DNA from: Klebsormidium nitens
Taxonomy: Eukaryota > Plantae > Klebsormidiophyceae
Direction: 5' to 3'
DNA length: 64,000 nucleotides
Assembly: GCA_000708835.1 (NCBI GenBank)
Contig: DF237357.1
Span: 19,805 to 83,804 of the forward strand
Both the position numbers and the translations under genes were made by a program. This document shows, one piece after another, positions 11,053-23,200 of the stretch. Under the pieces are notes generated by a model that saw nothing but the letters and a program-made list of their open reading frames with translations, was not told where the DNA came from and searched no databases. Position 1 is the stretch's first letter, and each line of letters starts with the position of its first letter.

Positions 11053-12581
11053 GATGCAATGTTAAGCTACAAACTTTATTGCTCGGAGGTGATTACTGTC
11101 CGGTCAAGTTGACTGCAATTCTTGGATCCAAAAACGTATAAGATATTTGAAGAGCCTGTGACCTCCACCGAGGCTTTTCAAAGAGTCAATTAAAACCAGC
11201 GTATATGGAATAGTCTTAGGAAGTTGATGTGAGTCCTGTAAGTCCAGCAGAAAGGTGCTGGCCGTATGTTTTTACTGTAAACCGAGACAAGGATATGAGG
11301 CGTCTTGCAGCCTGGCAGGAAGGTGCTACATCTTTGTTGAGGTCGTACAAAATCAACCTGTCACTTCCGAATTGATATGTTGTGCTTTTCAGGAGCTCGA
11401 GTTATAGTAGTACTACTACAACGTACACGTCTAAAGCAATGACATTCTTACCATCGTTTACGAGTTTCTATCATGCGAGCTGTCGGACGGTCACTCGCTC
11501 AGCTAGCTGGCGGCCGGGGCCGTGCGTTTGCAGGTGATACGGATTCCAAGATGTTCTCAGTTGATGTGGGAGTTCATCTCGGGAGCAGTTCTGATCAGAT
11601 TAAACATGGTGGGTGCACGTAGCTGCCGCCGCTCTTCATTCGGTAATCGGCCGGCCCCGTAGAAGAAGAATTGGATATGATGTACCACCACTGGTAACAG
11701 CTAGCTCATGCCCACTCAGCTATAGAATGCATGGTAGTGCAATCATGCATGCGATTGTACGTCACATGGTCTCGGTCACTCTCGGGTACGTACAATTTTC
11801 TGCCAGTGCACATGTGTGACATGCTTTATTTGGCTTGCGTGCCAGACATGCGGCCAATTCCTCACACGTACCGTCTGCATGCACGCGGCGCTAGGCTGCA
11901 TGATAAGCTGCAGTGCGCTATGTTCGATCATGCATTCTACGTACGTGTGTATATATGCCATGATGAGAGCTGATTCAATCCGATTACGAGGGTTCTCGAC
12001 CCCAGGCTGTAAGCCCAATCAATCAGTTCAACTGATCAGCAGCCTAGCTCGTTACAAGAATGATTATGCGACTGTGCAGTGCACATGAGTGGTGCGCGGC
12101 GACCAGGACTCTAGAATGCGGTTGACAAACGTTGGTCATGTATGTAGCCTAATTTTACGGCTGGCCGCGCGGCGAGGACTTGCAGCGCAGTGAAGCTAGG
12201 CGGTCTACTAACGAACTAAACGTGTATCAGCATAGACTCAAAGATTAAGCTTGGAGAAGGTCTCTCCGTTGGCCCTCAAAGACTCGATTCAACTTGGTAA
12301 GAGCCCTAACCTCCTCAATCCGAGGCCGGCATCCACTACAAGAAGTCTCCGATTGCGGCGGGGCAACCAGCCGGCTTAGCAAGACTACAGCAAAGCTACT
12401 TTGATATAAAAGCTTGTCGATAATGTTTTGGTGCGCGAAAGCCTGCATTCAAACACCTACTGAACTTTAAAACCTTGGCTGCGGCAAATTATGGCAAAAG
12501 ATTATGTTTGGATGCTGTACCTATACACATTTTCAAAGCTACGCGCGAGCTACACAATTAAGTAATACCTACCCTAAAGAA

Positions 12582-15500
12582 TCACAAAGTTCGAGCCGTA
12601 TGTCTTTGTCTGCTTCGCGCCCTCTGCAGGATGATCCGAGCCTGGTCGAAAACGCTGGCGAAGTCATTCAAAGGAATCGTGAGGTGCTCCCCATGATGCT
12701 CCATGAACTCCGGGTTCTCCCCAAGAGTCTTGCAACCTTCGTCGAGTGCAACGACCTGCGACAAGTCACACGTGGCCTTGAATTTGATACTGCAAAGCGC
12801 CTAATTCAAGGCTACTTCGTGAACGAGGACACAAAGGGTTTCATAGATCGTTCTGATTTCAAGAACGGCATCGAGGGAGAGCAACGGACAACCATTTAAT
12901 GACAGAACGAGTAGAAAGTCTGCAAAGAGAACCGCGTATTGAGATGACGTCCCTGCGGGAACAAGCACACGAAGATCGTACTTCTTGAAGGTAGAAGGAA
13001 GATTCAATTCGTGAAACGTGGTAACAGCAGGAACCCAGGAAAATTGATTGATCGAACGGATTCAAAAGAACAGGGGCTATCGGAATATCGAAGACGAGCA
13101 ATTACCGGCACTTTCAGTCGGCCTGTTCAGAAAGGAAGCAGTAAAGAGGAAATATGGCAGCATGAAGGGAACGGAGAACCCCCGATAGACGGGTAACGAG
13201 CACGCAATCAGCATGAGTACCACGAGTACTCAGGAAAGAGCTGGAGAAGAATATTTAGGCACCTCACCGACTCCAGGTAGTTCTTTCCGGTCAGCACGGC
13301 CAGGTTCCGGTACAGCGGAATCCGCCAGTAGCAGTTCGTGACCTCGATCACGACTGCGTCCGGCGCCGCAAAAATCGCGTTCGTCAGCCCCGCGCCGTGC
13401 ATCCCGAAAATGATGCTCGCGTTCCTGGTCATGCCAATAATCTCCCTCAGCCGTTCCCTATACGTTCGGGTACTGCTTCCAGGCGCGTAGATCGAATACG
13501 GCACCGGGAACGCCGCCTCGACTTCCTTCGTGTTGAGCAGCGTCCTGACCGTGTTTTCCCGCTTGAAATACAACACGCGGTCCTTTTCCGGGAGCGGCGG
13601 TTTGCTGCCAAACCCGAGCGCCTCTGTGACGAGGTTAACAAACCCGGCGAGCATGGGGTCTTCGCTCGTGTCGGTCGTTCGGCAGTGCCACGGCCACCCC
13701 TCGTTCCCGACAAAGTAAACGCTCTCGTAACATCCCAAGTGCTGCGATGTGTTCTGCAGTTCGATGTCGACGAAATTGATGCTCGCGGGGCGGAATGCTT
13801 CCATAAAGACCGTGTGCCGTTCTCGGGCTGTTGCAATAAGTTCGGGGCTCTTGATTTCGTTCGGTTTCCCGGAGAGACACTCGTAGAATTCCACGTGGAT
13901 CCCCTCTAAGGATTCGAGCCCCAGCTTTTGCAAGGCAACATAAGTGGAGTAATAAGCGAGCCCCATCGAGTGGAAAAAGTTGTAGTCGCACCTGTAAGAG
14001 GAATCTTGGTCAGCACCTTTGGAGTTATCATGTCAATGACGCTGATTACGGAATTAGTGGAGTAGATCAGTCGTCGATTTTTGCACACTAAAGACACCGA
14101 AAATGTGATGAGCGGTTGGGGTTTCACCCATTCCAATCAGGAAAAAAGTCGAAAAATAGAAGCTTTGCTTTTGTCATCGTAGTGAAGAAACAATGTTTTC
14201 AGAATGCTCTTGTTCCTCATTCTCATGGCAGTAGGCTGGTTATGTTACCGTGTTGGCCGTGAGTTTCACCTGTCCTCTTACAGGGCTGGTCGGCAACTGC
14301 TGGAGCTAGCAAGGATCAAGCAAGCTGCTTTTATAAATGTTGGGCTTTTGATGCAGTCCACGTCTGATGTGTCACTTCTCTCACGACTGGGCATACTATT
14401 CCTTATCGCGCCACATCTCGAAAAGATGCAATTGCAGCTCTCTGATAGTGTGCAGTCCGAAGGCTTGGCATGCACTGTTGGTAGAAGCGATGCAGAGCGC
14501 AATAGCTGTCCTTCAAATTGCGCGAGACTTAAAGATCGATCTTCTGTACATCTGTCAATCTTATCACGAACCAAAGTTGACGAGGGCCCTTGCTTGTTGC
14601 CAATTTCAGTCATGAGAATGGTTTGAGACACGATTCTTGAGCTCGCCTCTTATGTAACCAAGCCCTTTCTTGTCGCAACTCCACCTCTTCCGACTCAACG
14701 AGCTTCTGCTAACCTCATTCTTGTTCTTCAAACGCTGAGGCTGGCTAGAAGATGCCCTTGCCCTTTTCCAGAACGTGCTTTTTCCGTTGCCTTAGGACCT
14801 ACCTCTTTGAGGAAAGACTTGAAGGAGAGAGTCGTCTGCCGAATTTCCACTCATTCGCTGTGGCAACTTGAAGCCTTTTCAACAAATCTCTTATAGAACT
14901 ACAGAGGGTGCATATGCTTGTACTAAGGGAAGAAAACGCAAAAGCAAAGAACCTTTGGCAACTACACAGGTATCTGACTTCCTGATGAAAACGCTTCAAT
15001 TCTGTAAGAGGAAAGAATAGAGACATTCAAGACTGTTTAAAAGGAGCAGCAAAAGAATTATATCAAGTCGTCAAGCAGTCACTTTGGCCCATTCTGAAAT
15101 ATCGGTGTAAAGTCATATCAAGTCACTGGCCATCTTACCCTTTCTGGAACAGATTCCTTTCAACAAGCGAATGAAAATCCAAGAACCAAGAACCAAGAAC
15201 CAAGGACCAAGAACCAAGAAGCAAGAACCAAGAAATCCAAGAACCAAGAAATCCAAGAATCAACAGTTAGCCAAGAAGAAAGAAGGGAAGAAACACCGCT
15301 GGTAGAAGACCAACAAAAGATCAGTATCAGCACCTGTTGCCTCACCCTTCTTGTGCGCAGTACACAATGAACGTCTTTGGCTTCCAGATGATACGCTGTC
15401 CCTCGGGCTGCAGCACCCCCCCCTCTGGAAGGGGACCCGCCATGTTGATCGGCAACCGTTTCCCCATGTGCCAACACGAGCGACCACCATACATTGCCGC

Positions 15501-16028
15501 CCGTCCTTGCACCTGTGCGCACTCCCGACCTAGTCCTACTACGTCTATGTAGGGCTGACCTGCCTCATAAGAGCTGGCGGTCGGGTGCGGCGGACTCAGG
15601 TCTCGGCGGGTCAGGCACACTTGCTCTAGTTGCATCGCGCAGAGTTCATCTTGGTTGCAGAAGTCATTCGGTCTCTTTAGACGGGGGTCCGTTTTGCCAA
15701 TGGCTGGGATGGAATGTGGAACGAAGCGACAGGAGGAAGGAGATGCCAATGTTGTTTCTTGATGAAAGAACTGGTCCCCGCTGCATTCGTGAAGTGTCTC
15801 CCGTCTTCCTTGGCGCTTGTGCGTTCCATCTCCTTGGAAGCGGTTGCTACTTGTGTCATTGACTGGGTCCAAACGAAGACTTATGAACCAGCAAAGCTGA
15901 TAGAACGCAGCAAGCACTGCCAGCGACAAGGTTATGCGCCTGAGGTTCACCAAGAACAGGCGTTTGGAGAGCAGAACATAACGTCGAATGCGGAAGCCCT
16001 TTGCATCTGTCTTGGAGCTTGAAGCCAT
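12582..16028 (-). CDS. Glycosyltransferase family 61 (DUF563), type II membrane protein (about 526 aa)
   Basis: Phase-consistent exons 16028-15346, 13991-13268, 12755-12582. Basic N-tail followed by a hydrophobic anchor (ITLSLAVLAAFYQLCWFISL). Motifs CDYNFFH, RVLYFKRENTVRTLLN, and the GT61 hallmark IFGMHGAGLTNAIFAAPDAVVIEV. Confidence 0.88.
15179..15259. repeat. (CCAAGAA)n 7-bp minisatellite in GT61 intron 1
   Basis: About 11 direct copies of CCAAGAA with occasional substitutions and AT insertions. Confidence 0.9.
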
Positions 16029-17228
16029 ACAGGACCACCATCAGGCAGCTACCTGGACGAACTTTGTAGTTCTTGGTCAACTGTCAGCTGCACGAGCTCT
16101 CCGTAGTCACTACGGTATCAATGTCATATTATAAAGATAGTGGCGCGCATTGGGGGCGCCGCAGCCTTCGGCTCCGAGTCCTGACTCCCGAGTCCTGAGT
16201 CCTAGTCCAGGACCGGCGGGCCAGGGCCTGATTCAGCAGTGTGCACATACGTCAGGCATACGTCTGGCAGGCATACGTCAGGATCGAAGTAGCACTGAGC
16301 AGGTTTGATGTCAGTGGCACGTGCGGTAGGTTGCCACCCGGGCATCGAGGCCGACTGTACACAAAAATATGACACCGGTGATAATCAGCCGGGCATACAT
16401 AAGCGCTGGAGCCTGGCAGCGCTCATGCCCGGGGTAGGTAGCTTGGCCTAAGTTCTGTATCTGGCCGAAATAGCAGCGGCGAGCGCATCTGCCATCCGGC
16501 CGCAAGTGGGCCGCGCCGGTCATGCAAGCCTCGCGCCGGGCGGCCTGCACTTTGCAGCTTCGCCCAGGACCGGACCCCGGTGCTCGCAGGTCACTAAATA
16601 TAGACGGCGAATTGACAAGGTTTGCTTCGTACCAACGATGAAGATGGTCGAGCTGCACAAGGACATCCCGGTAAAATCCTTGTCCTAGATCGCTAGAGTT
16701 CTAGGCTAGCCTGCTAGACTCTAGAGCCTAGACCGCTATAGGACCGTCTAATAGCTAGAGAGAGGGTGGACCGTCGACCTCTAGATGCATGTACTTTTTT
16801 TGCGACTTTCCGCAAATAAGTCATCCAACGTGTAATGGGCAATCATTAGTTTCGTCGCGTCATGTCCAACGTACAGTACTTGTTTCTTTGCTGACTAAAA
16901 CTGCACTTATAGTACCGGACTGATGCAGTACCTAGTCAACAAGAAGCCGCCAACGTACACCGCCATCGACAAACCCCCAATTCGCGTTTTATGCTCTCTA
17001 TGTGCTCGTCAAATCCCGGAGGTGAAGATCGACAAGAGCCACTAATCCGGACCAACCTTGTGCACCTACACCCTCAATGCAAGTGGATACCCGAAACGTA
17101 TTTGACCAATCCGCTGATCATGCAACTACTTGACCATTATGCAGTGCACCTGTACTCACAATTGAGTTTTGACGCTTCCGCTATTGATGACATTCACTTA
17201 CTTACAATGCACCTATACCTGATCTTCG

Positions 17229-20200
17229 TCAAGTCTCCCTCTTCCTGTCTTTAATGACTGATGTCAAAGTTGACACAAGGTCTTTTTGTAGGATGGGTTT
17301 GCTAAGGTAGCCGTCCATGCCGCATGCCAAGCATTTGTCTCTGTCCGACGCCATGGCATGTGCCGTGAGCGCAATGATCGGAGTGTAACGCCCCAAGCCG
17401 GCTTCGGCCTGCCGGATCGCTTCTGTGGCTTGATACCCGTCCACGTTTGGCATCTGGCAAGGAGCAGAGGGGATATAGATGTTATTGTCTGAATTGTAAT
17501 TCGTCCTGTAAGTGCAAAGCAATCCGAGGAGGTTCTGACGCAACATCCCACGGTGATGCTTAGATCTTAGGTGGATCTGTTCGCTTGTCTTTTGCCAGAA
17601 TATCCGATATGAGGTAAAGTGCATTCTCAATTCCAAAATACACCATCAAGCGCAGCATCTGATCACCAATGTATGTGCCCTGAGCGACCCCCTAGACTAT
17701 GTTCTTTGATGGTGCATTTGTCAGTCTAATTCAATGCAAGCATGTCATGCACAGCTCGGAAACAAACTCGCACACTCAAAGCTGCCGTTCAAAGTCATCA
17801 CGCAGGGTTCTGGAGTCGGTTTAGAACAAGCCCCAATCAGGGATGACATCGGCGGGCGCAGTGGATTATGCTTCTCCTCACCTGACAATCCATCAAAACC
17901 GCATCGAATGCATTTTGATGGTTCGCTTCGCCCGACCCAATGACAGCCGCAGCTGCCTGTTGCCCGTCCTCAACGCAATGCACCGACGCTCCCAGCTTTG
18001 TCAGCATCTTAACAGCAAGCTTCTGCACAAAGATAACGAGCGACCGGCGTGAATACAATGAACGCCCACGTTTCGTGGTGAGAGGATAATTTGATAAGCG
18101 TTCATTGCGGAAGGACGGAAAATGACTGCATGGAATTGGCGAGACTCGCACAGGCTGCGAGGCAGATGCTCCGATGCGCTCGGGTTCCTAAGGGGGGTCG
18201 CGAGCGAACACTGGCTCCTGTCCGAAGTCATGCCTATTAGTGGTTTGCAAGGGGCTGCAATGCTCGGGCCCTTGCATGCGTCGGACAATGGAATGCTGAC
18301 TCCGTTGCAAATGTCTGGCACTCAATTAAGATTGTCTCCTATTCAGCACACTGAATGGACGGTCTTCGGGGCGAAACCCCTTGCCCCGAGACATTCCGAA
18401 CCAAAACAAACGCTGGGTCCTTCTGGATTTTGCAAACAAAGGGTGACCGCCTACAAGAGCCTTCTACTGATGAAAAGCAAGCCCAGATTAAAGAATCTCA
18501 TCCATTCAGAGACACCACTCACCTGCAAGATGGGCGTATCTTCAGCGACAAGGACTCGCAGGCCGGCCAGGGGTTGCGACTGCGCACGTCGGAGAGGGGT
18601 CTGACGCCCGCCTGCTGCTAAGCTTGACGCCTCGGCATGGGACGAGGACCTCGGAGCTGGCTTTAAGTGTGTGCCTAAAGCTCCTCCTAGAGGCGATATT
18701 AGCGGTGATGTAGGGAGAAGGCTCGAAGTTTCCGTAAATCTTGAGGAGTCGCTTCCAGCACTTAGTTCTGAAGCCGTGTCGGCTCCGGAAACGGCTCCGA
18801 ATACGTTACGGTTCTCTAGGGGAAGCGTCTCTTCGTGCTGAGACTCGGGAGTGTTGCAGAAAGGCGAAGCGCCTGACCGGGCGATCATCAAGCGAAGGAG
18901 AGTTGAGAGGCGGGTATTGTAGAGAGGTTTGCTTGCAACGGGGAAGGCGGACTTCAGCAGCTGCGAAAGACAAAAAGACAAAATATGATAAGTTGCGATT
19001 TCTCGGCTTTTACACCGTGAATATATTTGGACAACTTTGGAGAGAAAACGATTTCCTTGGACAAGACTGAGGATACAGGGCGGATGGTCACAACACAGGG
19101 TGAATGCTTCTCGTTCAAAATGGATTCTTCATCAATGGAATCGTCTTTGCAGCAACGAGCTTCTTTAGGACAGCAAAAACGCGGTAACGAAAGGGCTGGA
19201 AAGACAGGCTGCGATGGGAGTGGGTGGGTGTTTTGGCTAAAGAGACCCTTCTAGGGGAGAAATGAGTATTGAGGGAGAGACAAGAAGCGAATCCAGGCAG
19301 AGACGAGCTCAACCACTCGGTGCATGACGGAAGATCCTTGAAAGTGCCCACCAGGGAGTAGGCGACTGACGTCAGCAATAGGGATCACAAGCATCCCACA
19401 TGTGATTCTCCTTGACAGTTGCTCACCTTTCTGAGAGGACTACGGTCAGCACTAGGGAACAACAAGAACTAGCATTGCCACGTGTGTTCCTTCTTGACAC
19501 TTCCTTACCTAGTGAACAAGACTGCGGACAGTAATAGGGAACAACAAGAAGTAGTATTGCCACATGCGATCCTTCTTGACAGTTACTTACCTGTCTGACA
19601 GGACTGGGGGTAGACGGCGAAGTTAGCCAAGCGATGCTTGCTTTGTGTTGAAGCGCAGACAACTCAGCGAGAAACGCTTGTAAGTTGCGGAGGTCGCCCA
19701 AGATCGCGCCGTCGAGAGCGCTCGCATCAAGAAGCATAAATACCGGCTGTCCCGCTGTAACGGAACAAAGGCGAGAGTTTTAGCTGGACTTGCATACTTA
19801 TCATCAGCCTGGATGTGCAAAGTTGATAATGATCACTGTACGGCAGTTCTGTGTGGATAGAAGAGATACACCAGGAACTGCGCAGAATCCTGGCGCGCTA
19901 ACAGCGAAGTTGTAAACTTTCCGGCTTCGCCCAGGTGGCCACATCCGCACAGAAGATCAAGATCGGCATCTCAAATGACTGGTCCGTCACTGACTTCGAC
20001 CTTGTCTGCTTAGCATTCACCGAGCGTCTTGGTAGCGTTTCGAACAACATAAGTGTAGAGATTTGTCAAAAGAAGATGTGTCACACGGATGATCGGGTCG
20101 CAAGCACCGAAGCTAAATAACTTGCGCATTCCAATCATTGCTTACCTTCCACATCATGACCGGCAAGAAGCTCCGACGGGTGTGCTCCCAGCGTTCGTAC

Positions 20201-23200
20201 CGTTTGCACAGTCAGCCCCTGGGCCGTCAGGTACCTGGAAAGAAGCAGCAGACCGACACGATAAGCGATCGCGTATACAAATTATTCAAGATTGCTGGGC
20301 CGGCTCCAATTGATCAATAACCTCGTCGCACCTTGGACGACCGTGCACCAATTCGCTCAAAAGATATGACGACCCGGATCCTGATCTCAAGGTCGGTCAG
20401 CACGTTTGACGAATCAGCAAGGCAGAGTCAACGCGAGCGTCCTCTTACGGAGCCCTATTTCTGCCGTCCATACGCGGATCTTGCTGGACTTTGATTCCGT
20501 GCCGCTACTGTCAGAGGGGCTCCCGTGACTTGCACATGAGAACTATTGATAACCATAGTTGAGCTACCCCGCCTGAGAAAGAAGCCGCTGGCGCCTTCAC
20601 ACAAGGCATTTTTGGTCCAAGCACGGACGATATGCAAAGCTTTTAGGAAACTGCCAGACCAATAACGGCTTTTATTAATTAAAAAGATACCAAACGCCAA
20701 GGTGGGCCCGCCAACCCAACCAAAACCTCCTAGCACTTCACATTTCTTGTGTCAAGGCGACCAACCTTTCGGCAATGCCACGCCCGACGTCGCCCTCCAT
20801 CGCCAGAAACACGTGGCCCTCTCTGACGTCATCCAGGCTTGTTCCCGGCTGTTCCGCTGCCGTTTCTGACTCCTCAAAGTAGATGGTGAACCGCATCAGC
20901 GTACCCGGCCCGTCCTTGTCTACGATCTGGATGTCTCCACCCATCATTCGAACTGCAAATGAACGAACGAACTTTCAGGGTTCGGATACATTGACAAATG
21001 CACAATCCCACGTTGAGACACAATGGTGAAACCCTGAAGAAGGAATCTAGTCTTGCCGTTGCCCTGAATAAGCTGAGATCTGTTCGTGCATGATTGAGCA
21101 TGAGCCCCAGACCTACCAAAGCTTTCCGAGTGAGAAAAATCATCCACTTATCGTGGGGCGGAACGAGCCCCACGACACGAGTATGATGCTCAATGACGGG
21201 CTTGCTGCCCAAATGGCAACAGGCCCCGGAAAAGCATTTCAGCCAAGGCGTCAAAACGGCCCTTGTCCTTACCAAAGTGGACTTTGACAGAAGCACCATA
21301 TTCCTGCATCCTTTGACTGACCCTTGAGCACTCACTGCAGCTTGCCTTCCATTCTCTTTCGCATACGCCGGTGCTTCGACACGTACACTTACGCAAAGGA
21401 GTCTCCAAACTTGCACAGGATGGTCTACTTTGGCCGTAACTTTTGTCAGAAGCTCTGCAACCAGATGCTTGGGCCCTTTGACCAAAACTCACCAAGCGAC
21501 CGAACGATGCCCAGTCCAAGCCCCGTCCCGCCATGCGTTCGCGTGGTAGAGGAATCTGCGACCAAAGCAGCAGTCGGGTTTGAGCTCCCGCATCGATGCG
21601 CTTTCTTGTTCGCTAGCCGCAGGTTTGAAAGACCTTTCCAGAACGGAGCTCAAGCGGTAAGAAGAAAAGTCCCTTTCGACTGAGGCTGGCATGGGGTGAG
21701 AAGTGTGTACGCAACGTGTGATGGTGTGTCGTCTTTGTTTGCAGGGGTAGACAGTTGCCTAGGCTTGAGACGCCGTCTCAAAGAGGCTGCCTTCGTCCCT
21801 GCACGTCTTTCAACAAATACCCGCCGAAAGATGCTTTGTGACAACCAAGTGCACGCGCTCGTGACAAAAGCTCGCGATTCTGCCACCTCAGAGAAGGGAA
21901 AAAGCAGCGGAATCCAGCCATTCGATACCTGCAGTCAATCCGACTTCCCTCAGATCTCCTTAACATTTTCCAGGTTTTAAATCTTACCCTGAGCGCTCTT
22001 GCTGACGAAAAATCATTTCGATGGCTTCTGTAGCGGACACCTTCATGAAACAGAGATAAGACCAACCCATTCATGACCCAAGGGCTTCGAACAGATACAA
22101 CCGTTCCGTCGTTGTTGACTAGTAGAGGAGTCTTTCATAAGAAGCAATCTCCAAGGTTTTTCGACCTAAAGAAAGGCGCACACGTGGACACGACCTTCTC
22201 ACCGGCTTGCACGAAGTTCTCAAACACCTTCTCCCGCTTTTCCGGGGGGATCCCTATCCCGCTGTCGTCCACCTCAAAAGTGTACCCCCTTTTCGCCGCG
22301 GAAGGAACCGGGGGAGCCGATTTTGGGGATGGGGAGCAGGGCGAAAACCACCCGCCGTTTTCTCGGGGGGTCTTTGCGTTGGGCGAGTCGGGGGGGCCGG
22401 CAGGCGCAAGCTCGGTTTGGGGAAAGGGGATGGGCCATGCCCTGGGAACAAGAGAGCAGGAGAAAGGGTGAGACAAAGAAGGCAAAAGGAAGGAGACGAA
22501 CACAGAACACAGAACGACGAGACAGGCAAGACAATGACAAGCAATTGATTGAAACAGGAGGTGAGCAACCCTTTCAACGGCACGGACAAAGACGGAACAG
22601 ACTTCAGCGTGACGCAATGAACGCAAGGCTTTGACCGGCAACTCGCGAAACGGAGAAGGAAAGAGGGAGTAGCGGAGAAAGGGTTGCATCAAGGTCAGCG
22701 ATCTCAGATATACGAAGGTGCCCACCTGACGAGAATGTGCCCGCCAACCGACGAGAACTTGACGGCGTTCGACAGCAGATTGACGACCACTTGTCGCACC
22801 CGAGCCTGGTCGCCTTTCACTAACCGGTCCATGTCCCCGGGCAAATCAAGACCAATTTCAATACCTTTCTTGCTACATTGCACCGCGAACATGTCGACAA
22901 TGGACTCGAGCTCGGCCGTGATGTCGAAGTCGGCCTTCTCTAATTCTAGACGCCCCGCTTCGATCTGCGAGGAAATGAGATAGGGTGTGAAAACTTTACA
23001 GGTCCAAAATGTAATGAGGACCGGCCAGACCTTCCCGTCTAACTTTTGTAAGTGTTGGGAATGAGAAGTTCACTGGTTCAAAAGGTTCAAAAGGTTGAGA
23101 CTCTATAGACTGATGCTTCAAGGTTCGCAAGCTTTGAAGGGCGCTTAAATAAGTAGGACTACTGCAAGCCTCATCGATTTCGGACGACTTGTACCTACTG

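Noticed and set aside
13397-13991. Several overlapping ORFs (170, 129, 118 aa)
   Set aside because: Alternative-frame or antisense shadows of GT61 exon 2.
14204-14631. ORFs of 140 and 117 aa on opposite strands
   Set aside because: They lie in GT61 intron 1 and have no recognisable motif or splice support.
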